64,000 nucleotides of DNA from an uncultured Alphaproteobacteria bacterium (GCA_944392775.1 CALXXV010000003.1:61279-125278); one strand, 5' to 3'; positions 39,665 through 49,339 are shown, numbered from the stretch's first letter. Made by a program: numbers and translations. Notes: generated by a model not told the origin, from the sequence alone.

Positions 39665-40963
39665 TTAGTCCCACCACCATGATTTAGACGGTTTGTTAAC
39701 TAATTTTTTTAATCCGTCTAAGTCATTCGGAGAATCTAGTTTGTGTATCAATTTGTGACAGTTGGGACATAAAATAAGAAAATCATCGGCTTTAACTTCT
39801 CTGGTTTCACCTTCGGTTATTTCTGAATACGGGCTTTTATGGTGTGCTTCCAGTATGCTTTTCATGTGGGCTCCGTATTCTTCTGCAGGGTTTAATCCGC
39901 AAGCCATACATACATAACCAAAATGCTCTTTTATTGTCTGTATATCTTTGTTGCTAAGACGCCCTTCATATTTAGTGTGTTTGTCTATTCTTTTTTTCTT
40001 TTCTTTAAAAGTTACAATTTCATGAACAATTCCATCAAAATCGTTTTTTGAAATTTTATCATCAAATGATTTTACTTTATCTAACAGTTTTGTTTTTATT
40101 GAATCGTCTTCAAATTCACTTTCTGTGATTAGTTTATTTAAGTGCGCCTCTCTTGCAGGATAAATGTCTGTGCGATTAAATCTGTCACTTGCAAGTTTGC
40201 CTTTTTCTTCATCTCCAAAGTGTTCAATAAACAGTTTTTCTCTCTCTTCATCTGTCTTATCATTTGCCAAAACTTTCCAGCCCAATCCTTTGTCGTTTAG
40301 CGCTTTTAAGGCGTTGTCCATGTCTGCTGACGAAATATATGTGCTTGATACCGAATAGGCGCGCGAACCAGAGCCGCCGCCTCCTGAATAACTGCCAGAG
40401 TATCCGCCACCGCTGTCGCCGCTATCTCTACTACCGCCGCCAGAATGTCCACTTCCACCTGAATAACCGCCAGAACGATATCCGCTTGATGTATAACTGT
40501 TTGATGCTTTATGTGGTTTTGAACTGCTTTGTTCAATAAGTTTTTGTATTTTGGAATTAGATAAAGTTGTAAAATAGGGAGGTATATCTTTCAAAAAGTG
40601 AGTTATAAGTTTACCTGTTGCAATACATGACAAATAAAACAGCAAGTAAAATAACGCTGGGTGCAAGAAAATCATAGCTAAGCCAATCCAATCGCCTAGA
40701 AGTTGCTCGCCAAAAGCAGCAAAGATTACAATGAATATAATATAAAAAATAAATCCTGATATAACTGCGACCCAACTTACATTGTCATTCCACCATTCTA
40801 ATATAGATATTTGTTTTTCTAACTGTACTAGGTTCTCCCAATCGTCGGACGATTTTTCTCTTACAAAAAAGGTACTTTTATCTTTTTTAAACAGGTCTGA
40901 TTTCAGATTGTCTACAAAAAATGTTTTGGTAGCAGTAGTTATTTTATATCGTTCGTTTGACAT
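39665..40963 (-). CDS. Membrane-anchored HNH endonuclease-domain protein: two TM helices, a Gly/Ser/Tyr-rich low-complexity linker, a middle domain and a C-terminal HNH domain
   Basis: HNH motif CMACG...EAHHKSP...LILCPNCHKLIHK. TM segments VSWVAVISGFIFYIIFIVIFAAF and WIGLAMIFLHPALFYLLFYL. Linker GYRSGGYSGGSGHSGGGSRDSGDSGGGYSGSYSGGGGSGS. Confidence 0.6.
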   Translation of the reverse strand: MSNERYKITTATKTFFVDNLKSDLFKKDKSTFFVREKSSDDWENLVQLEKQISILEWWNDNVSWVAVISGFIFYIIFIVIFAAFGEQLLGDWIGLAMIFLHPALFYLLFYLSCIATGKLITHFLKDIPPYFTTLSNSKIQKLIEQSSSKPHKASNSYTSSGYRSGGYSGGSGHSGGGSRDSGDSGGGYSGSYSGGGGSGSRAYSVSSTYISSADMDNALKALNDKGLGWKVLANDKTDEEREKLFIEHFGDEEKGKLASDRFNRTDIYPAREAHLNKLITESEFEDDSIKTKLLDKVKSFDDKISKNDFDGIVHEIVTFKEKKKRIDKHTKYEGRLSNKDIQTIKEHFGYVCMACGLNPAEEYGAHMKSILEAHHKSPYSEITEGETREVKADDFLILCPNCHKLIHKLDSPNDLDGLKKLVNKPSKSWWWD

Positions 40964-41262
40964 CTGTTTGCCTTTTAACTGTTGAGATTATAGTCTTGCT
41001 TGTACGTAAAAACAACGATAAATATCATTATTTGTATTCGGTTTGAAAAAAGATAAAAAAGTCAATTTGTTCGATATCTTATAAAAATATATGGTTATAA
41101 AAATTAAGATTATTGGACTCGTATTATGCCGGGAAAAACCGCTCCATCGAAGTAGGTTGTAAATTGTGGCTCGTCTTACTGACTCGTATGCGAACCTCGG
41201 TTCGAACCCGACCCGTCCAAAGTTATAAAAAATACCGGCATAACGCCAGCATTTTTTATAAC

Positions 41263-41340
41263 TGGGGCGGATGACCGGATTCGAACCGGCGACATTTGGT
41301 ACCACAAACCAACGCTCTAACCAGCTGAGCTACATCCGCC
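41263..41340 (-). tRNA. tRNA-His (anticodon GTG) with encoded G-1 and CCA
   Basis: Cloverleaf: G-1 + GCGGATG acceptor, D-arm TAGCTCAGCTGGTTAGAGC, anticodon stem TTGGT/ACCAA with loop TTGTGGT, T-arm with TTCGAAT. Confidence 0.8.
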
Positions 41341-41356
41341 ATACTGAATTCTTAAT

Positions 41357-41432
41357 TGGTGGAGCTGATCAGACTCGAACTGACGACCCCTTGCATGCCA
41401 TGCAAGTGCTCTACCAACTGAGCTACAACCCC
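41357..41432 (-). tRNA. tRNA-Ala (anticodon GGC) with G3:U70
   Basis: Acceptor GGGGTTG/CAGCTCC (G3:U70), anticodon stem CTTGC/GCAAG with loop ATGGCAT, T-loop TTCGAGT, CCA encoded. Confidence 0.8.
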
Positions 41433-41513
41433 ATGCGAAGCATTATTCTATATTTCTTCTTGCAAAAAGTCAAATCAATTTGCTAACCTTTTTACACATA
41501 AGGAGACTAAAAT

Positions 41514-42074
41514 ATGGATTATCAATCTTTGAAAGCAGAAGTAGAACAAAAAACTCTACAAACATTAGAAGTTTTAAAAAATGAATACGCTGGTTTGCGT
41601 ACTGGTCGTGCTTCCATTCACCTTTTAGACGGTGTACGTGTACCTGTTTATGGATCTGATATGCCTTTAAATCAACTTGCAACAGTCGCGACACCAGATA
41701 ATCAAACTTTAACCGTTACTGTATGGGATATAAACAATGCCGGGGCAGTTGAAAAAGCAATTCGTGATTCTGGGTTGGGTTTAAACCCTATGACTGCAGG
41801 TGGTGTTATTCGCTTAAACATGCCGCCTCTTACAGAAGAACGTCGTAAAGAACTGACAAAAGTTGCGGGCAAATATGCAGAAGAAGCAAAAATTTCTATG
41901 CGCAACATCCGTCAAGATGCTATGGGTAAAATTAAACGCGCAGTCACAGATAAAGAAATTTCCGAAGACGATCAACGCAAATTTGAAGATGATTTACAGA
42001 AAGTTTTTGATGCAAAAAGTGCGGATGTTGATACACTTGCAAAACAAAAAGAAGCTGACATTATGTCTGTTTAA
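41514..42074 (+). CDS. frr: Ribosome recycling factor
   Basis: Full-length RRF; RBS AAGGAG. Confidence 0.85.
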   Translation: MDYQSLKAEVEQKTLQTLEVLKNEYAGLRTGRASIHLLDGVRVPVYGSDMPLNQLATVATPDNQTLTVTVWDINNAGAVEKAIRDSGLGLNPMTAGGVIRLNMPPLTEERRKELTKVAGKYAEEAKISMRNIRQDAMGKIKRAVTDKEISEDDQRKFEDDLQKVFDAKSADVDTLAKQKEADIMSV

Positions 42075-42097
42075 TTCAAAAACATATCGGATAAAAA

Positions 42098-42859
42098 ATG
42101 TTAAATTTATTCAAAAAGAAAATATCATCTAAAAATACAGAACCCGCAAAATTACCGCAACACATTGCTTTTATATGCGATGGTAATCGTCGTTGGGCAG
42201 AAGCTCGTGGATTACCACCACTTATGGGACATAAAGCAGGTATTTCTAACTTTGAAAATTTGGTTGATTGGTTCATCGCTCGCGGTGTGTCAACCATTAC
42301 CTTTTTTATCTTTTCAACAGAAAACTGGAATAGGTCAAAAGAAGAAATCGATTTTCTAATGGATTTATTCTATACGGAACTGAAAAAAAATATGCAACAT
42401 GCAATTGAAAAAAATCTACGTTACAGAGTGATCGGTTCACGAGATAGACTTCCTAAAAAATTGGCGACTCTTTGCGACGAGCTGGAACAAAAATCTGCAG
42501 AGAACACTTCTGGTACAGTTGTTTTTGCGCTTAATTACGGCGGTCAAGATGAAATCGTCAATGCTGTAAATGACGCAATTGCTGCAGGTAAACCAGTAGA
42601 TAAAGAAACGTTTGAAACATTCTTAGATACAGGCGAACTTCTACCAATTGACTTAATGGTTAGAACAAGTAATGAATATAGAATTTCTAACTTTTTATTA
42701 TGGAAACTGGCATATGCCGAATTGCTGTTTTTACCGCAACATTGGCCAGATTTAGTAAAAAATGAAAAATTATGGCAATATACGTTAGATAAATTCGCAA
42801 AAAGAAACAGACGTTTCGGTGGTGGTAAGAAAGCTAACTATGCAGGGGATAAAAAATAA
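42098..42859 (+). CDS. uppS: Undecaprenyl-diphosphate synthase
   Basis: FICDGNRRWA motif. Confidence 0.85.
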   Translation: MLNLFKKKISSKNTEPAKLPQHIAFICDGNRRWAEARGLPPLMGHKAGISNFENLVDWFIARGVSTITFFIFSTENWNRSKEEIDFLMDLFYTELKKNMQHAIEKNLRYRVIGSRDRLPKKLATLCDELEQKSAENTSGTVVFALNYGGQDEIVNAVNDAIAAGKPVDKETFETFLDTGELLPIDLMVRTSNEYRISNFLLWKLAYAELLFLPQHWPDLVKNEKLWQYTLDKFAKRNRRFGGGKKANYAGDKK

Positions 42860-42868
42860 GGGTTATAC

Positions 42869-43513
42869 ATGTCTAATACATCACAAAGAATAATAGTAGG
42901 TATTATAATGGCAGCAATCGCGATTCTTGCGGGTGTAGCTGAGTATTTTGGTTATCCGGCAGTTAAATACCTTGGGATTTTTATAGGAATTGTGATGATT
43001 TTAGAAATGATCATCGGAATCACGCATATATCAAAAGAAAACCTTAAACAAAATTGGTTAGCTTACTTTATTTTCTTAGCTTTGTTAGTTATCTTTTTGT
43101 TCGCTGCAAATAACGTAGGTGAACATCCTTGGATTATGTTATTACTTTTGATGATTATATGTTGCGCTGATATCGGGGCATGGTTTTTCGGTAGATTGGT
43201 TGGAGGGGATAAAATGTGGGAAAGACTATCTGCCGGGAAAACTTGGTCTGGGCAAATCGCAGGAATTTTATGTGGCACACTTGCATCAATTATGTACGGT
43301 CTATTAGGAACAGATACTTTTTTACCGCAATTAATGTGGATTGGAATTAGTATTTCTCTACTTAGCCAATATGGCGATTTAACTGCTAGCTGGATAAAAC
43401 GAAAAATGGGCATAAAAGATTTTAGTCGAATCTTACCAGGTCATGGTGGCATGCTAGATAGATTTGACGGTTGGATTTATGCACTACCTTTAATATGGCT
43501 TGTTATGTTATAA
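42869..43513 (+). CDS. cdsA: Phosphatidate cytidylyltransferase
   Basis: SWIKRKMGIKDFSRILPGHGGMLDRFD signature. Confidence 0.8.
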   Translation: MSNTSQRIIVGIIMAAIAILAGVAEYFGYPAVKYLGIFIGIVMILEMIIGITHISKENLKQNWLAYFIFLALLVIFLFAANNVGEHPWIMLLLLMIICCADIGAWFFGRLVGGDKMWERLSAGKTWSGQIAGILCGTLASIMYGLLGTDTFLPQLMWIGISISLLSQYGDLTASWIKRKMGIKDFSRILPGHGGMLDRFDGWIYALPLIWLVML

Positions 43514-43538
43514 ATCTTTTTAATAAAGGAAAGGCATT

Positions 43539-44597
43539 ATGCAAATTATTTTAACCATAATCGCATTACTTATTGTTCTGGGTGTGGTGGTTTTCGTTCA
43601 TGAATTAGGTCACTTCTTAGCAGCACGTTGGGCAGGGGTTCAAGTAAATACTTTTTCTATTGGATTTGGACCTGCGATAATAAAATGGCATGACAAAAAG
43701 GGAACCGTTTGGAAAATTGCCTGTATTCCATTAGGTGGATATGTGTCTATATATGGTCAAGAAGATATGTTTGACCGCAAAAAATATAAAAATTTACCCG
43801 ATGACAAAAAAAAGGGTCATTATTTATCTGCACCTGCATGGAAACAATTTATAATTATTGCGGCCGGCGTTTTTATGAATTTTATTCTAGCGTGGGGCAT
43901 TTATTCCGCAATATTTATGTTGAAACCAAAAAATGTTCAGTTGCCTGTAGTTGGGCAAGTAATACAAGAAAGCGTCGCTTTTAATGCCGGGGTTAAACCG
44001 GGTGATGTTATCGTTCAAATAGACAACGAAAAAATAACAAATTGGGGTGAACTTATAATTGCAAAAGAATTAGCCGCTAATCGTAATGCAAATGTCCTTA
44101 TCATAAGGAAAGACAAACTTGTTAAAGTCCAATTATCTCCATCTGAAAAATGGGGATTAGTTGCAGACGGTAGTAAAACGGAATTGCGTAAAAAAGGTTT
44201 TTTTGGTGCCTTATATTCTGGTGCCAGGGAAACATATTATCAATCTAAGACACTGCTTGTCGTGCTAAAACAGATTATAACAGGAGAAAGGTCGTCAAAA
44301 CAATTAGGCTCTTTCATAACTATTGCCGAAGTTTCAGGAAAAGCAATGGCAATGGGTTTCTTTGCCTTATTGTCAATTATTGCATTGCTGTCTGTAAATT
44401 TAGCTGTTATAAATTTATTACCCTTACCTGTTCTTGATGGTGGGTATCTTTTGATTTTGATCATAGAAGCAATTACCAGAAAAAAACTTGAAGGTAAAGG
44501 TATGGAAATAGCAATAATGATAGGCTGGTTATTAATTTTTGGTTTATTTGCGCTTACTATGTGGAATGATCTGGCTAGAGTATTTGGATTAAATTAA
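43539..44597 (+). CDS. rseP: RIP zinc metalloprotease RseP (site-2 protease)
   Basis: HELGH in TM1, PDZ domain, LDGG. Confidence 0.85.
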   Translation: MQIILTIIALLIVLGVVVFVHELGHFLAARWAGVQVNTFSIGFGPAIIKWHDKKGTVWKIACIPLGGYVSIYGQEDMFDRKKYKNLPDDKKKGHYLSAPAWKQFIIIAAGVFMNFILAWGIYSAIFMLKPKNVQLPVVGQVIQESVAFNAGVKPGDVIVQIDNEKITNWGELIIAKELAANRNANVLIIRKDKLVKVQLSPSEKWGLVADGSKTELRKKGFFGALYSGARETYYQSKTLLVVLKQIITGERSSKQLGSFITIAEVSGKAMAMGFFALLSIIALLSVNLAVINLLPLPVLDGGYLLILIIEAITRKKLEGKGMEIAIMIGWLLIFGLFALTMWNDLARVFGLN

Positions 44598-44598
44598 C

Positions 44599-46872
44599 AT
44601 GAAAAAAAATAAATATTTAATTTTTACACTTTATTATTTTGGAACCGTTGCTGTAGCGAATGCCGCAACTGTATCGAAAATTGATATAAACGGCAATCAA
44701 AGAATGGATGCGGAATCTATTAGAATTTTATCCGATGTTAAACTTGGAGAAAATGTATCAACAGAGCGTGCTAATCAAATAGCAAAAAAACTACAAGAAA
44801 CTGGATATTTTTCCAAAATAAGTGTTCAAATGTCAGGTAATACTTTAAAAATTGACATTCAAGAAGCGCCTACTGTAAACATGGTAACAGTAGAAGGGAA
44901 CGATGAAGTTTCCACAGAAGACCTAAAAAAAGAACTTCGTATGAAAGAACGCGCTTCTTATGATGAATCTGTAATAGGTGCAGACGTTCAAAGAATGCTT
45001 ACCATATATCAAAGAAAAGGGTTTTTCGGAACTAAAATTGAACCAAAAAAAATCGAACTTGAAGACAATAGAGTGAATATCGTATACGAAATAAAGGAAG
45101 GACATCCTACTTATATTTCTGAAATAAAATTTGAAGGTAATAAAAAATTTCGGGACAGTACTCTACGCGGTGAAATTTTATCAAAAGAACATACTTGGTG
45201 GCGTTTTATGACCCAATTTGATGTTTTTGATGAAGATAGAATAAAATATGATCAACAAATGTTGCGACAATTTTATATGAGGAATGGTTATGTTGATGTG
45301 CAAATAACTGATGCAAACGGAACTTTCACACCAGATAGACAGTATTATTCTGTGATATTTACAATTGATGAAGGTGAAAAATATAAATTCGGTGATCTTA
45401 AAATAACAAACCCTTTCCCAGATGTACCAGATGAAGTTCTATATGATGCAATAGTAATGAAAAAAGGCAACGTCTATAATATAGATGAAGTTGATGAAAC
45501 CATGTCAGCGCTAAGAGGTGCAGTCGCAGACTATGGTTATGCTTTCATAAACGTAGAACCAATTCCAACAAAAAATGATGAAACAAAAACTATAGATATA
45601 GAATTTAAAATACAGAAAACCAATAGAATTTACCTAAATTCTATAAATATATTAGGGAACGTTCGAACTTTTGATACAGTTATAGAACAACTAATTCCTA
45701 TGCGTTCGGGAGATCCGTTCTCGTTACAAACAATTGAAGAAGGTCGTCAAAATTTAATGCGGACACGCTATTTCAAAGATGTTCAAATGGTGCCAAGCCG
45801 TATAGCAGACGCGAACATGATGAACCTTGACATAAAAGTAGAAGAACAACCAACCGGAGAATTATCTGGTGGATTTGGTTGGTCAAACATAAATGGTTTT
45901 ATGGTTGACGCAGGTATAACCGAAAGTAATTTTATGGGACGAGGTCAAATAGTACAACTACGCGGATCCATTGCACAATATCAAAAACAAGCATTATTTA
46001 GTTTTACAGAACCTTATCTATTTGGGCGGCAATTATCCGGTGGCTTTGACATATCTTATACAATGTATGACTATTCATCTTTAGGTGGATTCGGATATGA
46101 TAGAGATTCTTTTAACATATCCGGAAGAATGGGATGGAAGCTTACAGATCATTGGTCACAAACTGTCAGATTATCAGCCTCTTTTGACCAAAATTATGAC
46201 TTACAATCTACAACTGGATGGCGTGACGCAAAATTGTATACATTGGGCACAAATTTAAGATACTATAACTTGGATACAAATTTTGAACAAAATACCCATA
46301 CCGGAGTTGTCGGAAATTTAGGAGTTGCATATACCGGTTTCGGTGGGACAGAAACTTATATGCGATACAGCGGTGATATTATAGGTATGGTAAAATTCTT
46401 TGATGATAGATGGCAGTTACGTTCATCATTAGAATTCGGAATATTACAATCCATCGGTGGCGACTATATATCACGTGTGTATAGATACTTCTTAGGTGGT
46501 GAATCACTACGCGGTTTTGATATTGCAGGGGTAGGCTCTAGAAACTGGGCGTACACAACTTATTCACTTGGGGGGTTATGGAAAGTTAATGGTTCTACGC
46601 AGTTGAATTTCCCGATTTTCATACCTGATGAATATCAAATAAAAGGTTTCATTTTCGCTGACTATGGAATACTTGGCAAACCACCAAAAGAAGAATATTA
46701 CTTCGCGGGCAGACCTAATTATATAGACGATAATTTAAGAACCTCTGTCGGTGTCGGTATATATTGGAATACTCCTATGGGTCCAATGAACTTCAGTTGG
46801 GGTTGGCCTTTGAAAATGGATAAATATGATGAAGAACAACGTTTCTTATTATCTTTTGAAACACAATTCTAA
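44599..46872 (+). CDS. bamA: Outer membrane protein assembly factor BamA
   Basis: Signal peptide, POTRA repeats, C-terminal beta-barrel ending in F. Confidence 0.85.
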   Translation: MKKNKYLIFTLYYFGTVAVANAATVSKIDINGNQRMDAESIRILSDVKLGENVSTERANQIAKKLQETGYFSKISVQMSGNTLKIDIQEAPTVNMVTVEGNDEVSTEDLKKELRMKERASYDESVIGADVQRMLTIYQRKGFFGTKIEPKKIELEDNRVNIVYEIKEGHPTYISEIKFEGNKKFRDSTLRGEILSKEHTWWRFMTQFDVFDEDRIKYDQQMLRQFYMRNGYVDVQITDANGTFTPDRQYYSVIFTIDEGEKYKFGDLKITNPFPDVPDEVLYDAIVMKKGNVYNIDEVDETMSALRGAVADYGYAFINVEPIPTKNDETKTIDIEFKIQKTNRIYLNSINILGNVRTFDTVIEQLIPMRSGDPFSLQTIEEGRQNLMRTRYFKDVQMVPSRIADANMMNLDIKVEEQPTGELSGGFGWSNINGFMVDAGITESNFMGRGQIVQLRGSIAQYQKQALFSFTEPYLFGRQLSGGFDISYTMYDYSSLGGFGYDRDSFNISGRMGWKLTDHWSQTVRLSASFDQNYDLQSTTGWRDAKLYTLGTNLRYYNLDTNFEQNTHTGVVGNLGVAYTGFGGTETYMRYSGDIIGMVKFFDDRWQLRSSLEFGILQSIGGDYISRVYRYFLGGESLRGFDIAGVGSRNWAYTTYSLGGLWKVNGSTQLNFPIFIPDEYQIKGFIFADYGILGKPPKEEYYFAGRPNYIDDNLRTSVGVGIYWNTPMGPMNFSWGWPLKMDKYDEEQRFLLSFETQF

Positions 46873-46874
46873 AA

Positions 46875-46905
46875 AATACGGGCATATTGCCCGTATTTTT
46901 GTCTT
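46875..46905 (+). terminator. Rho-independent terminator AAAATACGGGCA-TAT-TGCCCGTATTTTT
   Basis: After the bamA stop. Confidence 0.7.
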
Positions 46906-46965
46906 TTAGACTTGACCTAATAAAAGAAAATTTCTTATAATTCTACTATATAAGGGAGAAAATAC

Positions 46966-47112
46966 ATGAAGAAAGTTATTATTAGCTTTTTCGTAGCATT
47001 AGTGTTAGCTGGTTGCGGACAAATTTATGATCGTGAACCCGTAGGTGTAGGATACGACAATAATGAATTAAAACTAAGTCCCTGTGCATGCATAATGGTA
47101 TATCAAGCCTAA
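46966..47112 (+). CDS. Small lipoprotein (48 aa), absent from the ORF track
   Basis: RBS AAGGGAGAAAATAC-ATG. MKKVIISFFVALVLAGCGQIY... lipobox LAGC. Confidence 0.45.
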   Translation: MKKVIISFFVALVLAGCGQIYDREPVGVGYDNNELKLSPCACIMVYQA

Positions 47113-47142
47113 TCAAAATAAAATGCTGAGGGAGAAATATAA

Positions 47143-47844
47143 TTGGAATATCCAGATAATTTTGAAATACCGACGTTTCCTGCAGGTAAACGTATTGCCG
47201 TTTCTCGTTTTATGGCAATAGGGGTATCTATATTATTCTTGATAACAATTTTCTTATGTTTTTTAATTTTATGGTCTTCAAAATCTCAAAGAATAGATCC
47301 TTTTCTGATATCTATTGACAATGTAACTGGGCAATGGATTGATGTAGGTCATTCACATACAAACGGTCCTATTAAATATACTGCCGCAAGATTACTTCAA
47401 GAATCTGTACTGGGGAAATTTACTGAAAAATGGTTCTTAATAACCCAAGATGAACAAGTAAATGATTCTATCTGGCAAACATGTCAAAGAGACCTTTCTT
47501 GCATAAACAATAATTCAATAGCATACGGAGAAAACGAATGTTCTCTGTTCTGTTTGTCGGGCGAAGAACTGTTTTCAAAATTCATATATGATGTTGTTCC
47601 AGATTATCAAAATAGATTTTTTATGGGCGAAGTATGGTTTATAGATAAGGCATCCATCCAAATGGAACCGGTAAGCCAAATTTCTAATATCGGTGGGACA
47701 TGGCGTATATTCGCAAAAATAAAATCTAATTTAACAGAAGAAATAAATATCTTGGCCTTTGCAAAAATTGCACGAAACCAGAATAACTATCCGCAAACAT
47801 TAGGATATTATGTCGCGGATTTTAATGCATATAAGATAAATTGA
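47143..47844 (+). CDS. Bitopic membrane protein with a periplasmic domain (VirB8-like topology; identity uncertain)
   Basis: About 20-aa cytoplasmic N-terminus, one TM helix, about 190-aa C-terminal domain. Confidence 0.4.
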   Translation: MEYPDNFEIPTFPAGKRIAVSRFMAIGVSILFLITIFLCFLILWSSKSQRIDPFLISIDNVTGQWIDVGHSHTNGPIKYTAARLLQESVLGKFTEKWFLITQDEQVNDSIWQTCQRDLSCINNNSIAYGENECSLFCLSGEELFSKFIYDVVPDYQNRFFMGEVWFIDKASIQMEPVSQISNIGGTWRIFAKIKSNLTEEINILAFAKIARNQNNYPQTLGYYVADFNAYKIN

Positions 47845-48485
47845 TGAAAAAAATTATTTTATTCTTTATCGCTTTATTTTTATTAGTACTTACTTTTGGT
47901 ACACTATATTTTACGGGTGCCATATACGATGCAGGTCGAAACATGGTCATACGTCCATACTTCTTTCAACCAAACTTTTTATCTGAATACAGACCGGGAA
48001 CCCCAAAAACCCAAGCAGATATAGGTGATAGTAAATTTATGGATTTATTAGTAAAAAAATATATAAATGAATATTTTTATGCATCTCCTGACCCAGAAAA
48101 CATAGCAAAAAGACTTCGTAACAATAGTATAATAGCTAAACTATCTTCCCAAAAAGTATTTAATGAATGGGAAAAAACAGAAGGTGAAATTATAAAAGAC
48201 TTAGCAGAAAAAAAAGCCCTAAGAATCGCACGTGTTCTGGATGAAATATATAAACCATCAAACAGTGATTATTGGGTAATAAATTATGAACTAAAAACAT
48301 GGACCAAACCAAATGATTTTAGTATTGTTCCAGAGACAGAACGTGGTACACTATACATGAAAATACTATACGAGCCGGGTATGCGTGATGATGTTAATTT
48401 AGAACTAATTCATGAATACCTAGAAAACGGTAATGACCCAGCTGCAGTATTTAAATTCCGAGTCATAGAATTATTAAAAGGCTGA
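47841..48485 (+). CDS. Bitopic membrane/periplasmic protein, same architecture as the preceding gene (start overlaps by 4 nt)
   Basis: N-terminal TM; translationally coupled. Confidence 0.4.
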   Translation: MMKKIILFFIALFLLVLTFGTLYFTGAIYDAGRNMVIRPYFFQPNFLSEYRPGTPKTQADIGDSKFMDLLVKKYINEYFYASPDPENIAKRLRNNSIIAKLSSQKVFNEWEKTEGEIIKDLAEKKALRIARVLDEIYKPSNSDYWVINYELKTWTKPNDFSIVPETERGTLYMKILYEPGMRDDVNLELIHEYLENGNDPAAVFKFRVIELLKG

Positions 48486-48491
48486 TATTAA

Positions 48492-49280
48492 ATGAAAAAA
48501 TTGGTACACAAAAACATAAATATAATTGCATTATTCTTGCTGTTACCAATACCCGTACTGGGGGCAACAGATTCTTTTGACTTTAACAATTTTATAATAA
48601 CAGACAGTGCAGATGCAGATCTTACGACCAGTGCAATTACAATGAATGCAGACGCAGAACCTGTTGACGTAAGTAATTTTGATATTGCGGGAATTATTTT
48701 AGGAACACCTTTTGAAAATGTAGAAAGTTTATTTTTTAAGAACAACGGTTTATATGCCCCGCGTTCAAAAAACGCAATAATATATACAATAAATAAAGAT
48801 TGGAAATATAATCTTGACTACGAATGCCGCTTACAAGGTATTGTTGCACCGGCAGAACTAGAACAATGTATAAATACCTTAGCCAAAAACAGAGGGTTAT
48901 TGTATGCATCAGAAGTCCATCTGCTGCGTGAAAATACAGGCGAGACAATTACAGTATATTTTACAAGCAACGCAACAGATAACCTTGTATGGAAAATTGT
49001 ATATAATAATGATGTTAACGAAATAGAAGGCGATCACGAAAAATTCGAAAATCAACGCGAGAAAAAAATTCTTGTATTTTGGCAAAACGTCTTGGATAAA
49101 TATGGCGCTCCAAATTCTGGAACCGATAAATGGATAACCACGACGAATCCATATGATCCAATTATGACGGCATATTATGGGGCACTAGAATTAGTTGACT
49201 TGGGACGCTATAGTTCTGATGAAGCTAAGAATATTCAACAAGCACGAGAAAATTTTAAGGCAAAATCTTACGCTTTCTAA
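48492..49280 (+). CDS. Secreted hypothetical protein (signal peptide)
   Basis: N-terminal signal LLLPIPVLGA. Confidence 0.45.
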   Translation: MKKLVHKNINIIALFLLLPIPVLGATDSFDFNNFIITDSADADLTTSAITMNADAEPVDVSNFDIAGIILGTPFENVESLFFKNNGLYAPRSKNAIIYTINKDWKYNLDYECRLQGIVAPAELEQCINTLAKNRGLLYASEVHLLRENTGETITVYFTSNATDNLVWKIVYNNDVNEIEGDHEKFENQREKKILVFWQNVLDKYGAPNSGTDKWITTTNPYDPIMTAYYGALELVDLGRYSSDEAKNIQQARENFKAKSYAF

Positions 49281-49339
49281 AGTTTTTATAAAAACCCTTT
49301 ACAAATATCCATAATAAAATTACAATTAGTACGGATTTC

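Larger units (their letters stand above)
38888..41261. mobile_element. Small genomic islet inserted into the 3' end of tRNA-His. Carries two cargo genes (membrane-anchored HNH nuclease plus small membrane partner); no integrase
   Basis: Bounded by the 17-nt direct repeat; intact tRNA-His at one end. Confidence 0.6.

Noticed and set aside
47143-48485. Confident annotation as VirB8 homologues
   Set aside because: Only topology and size match. No conserved VirB8 sequence motif could be verified and no other T4SS genes are adjacent
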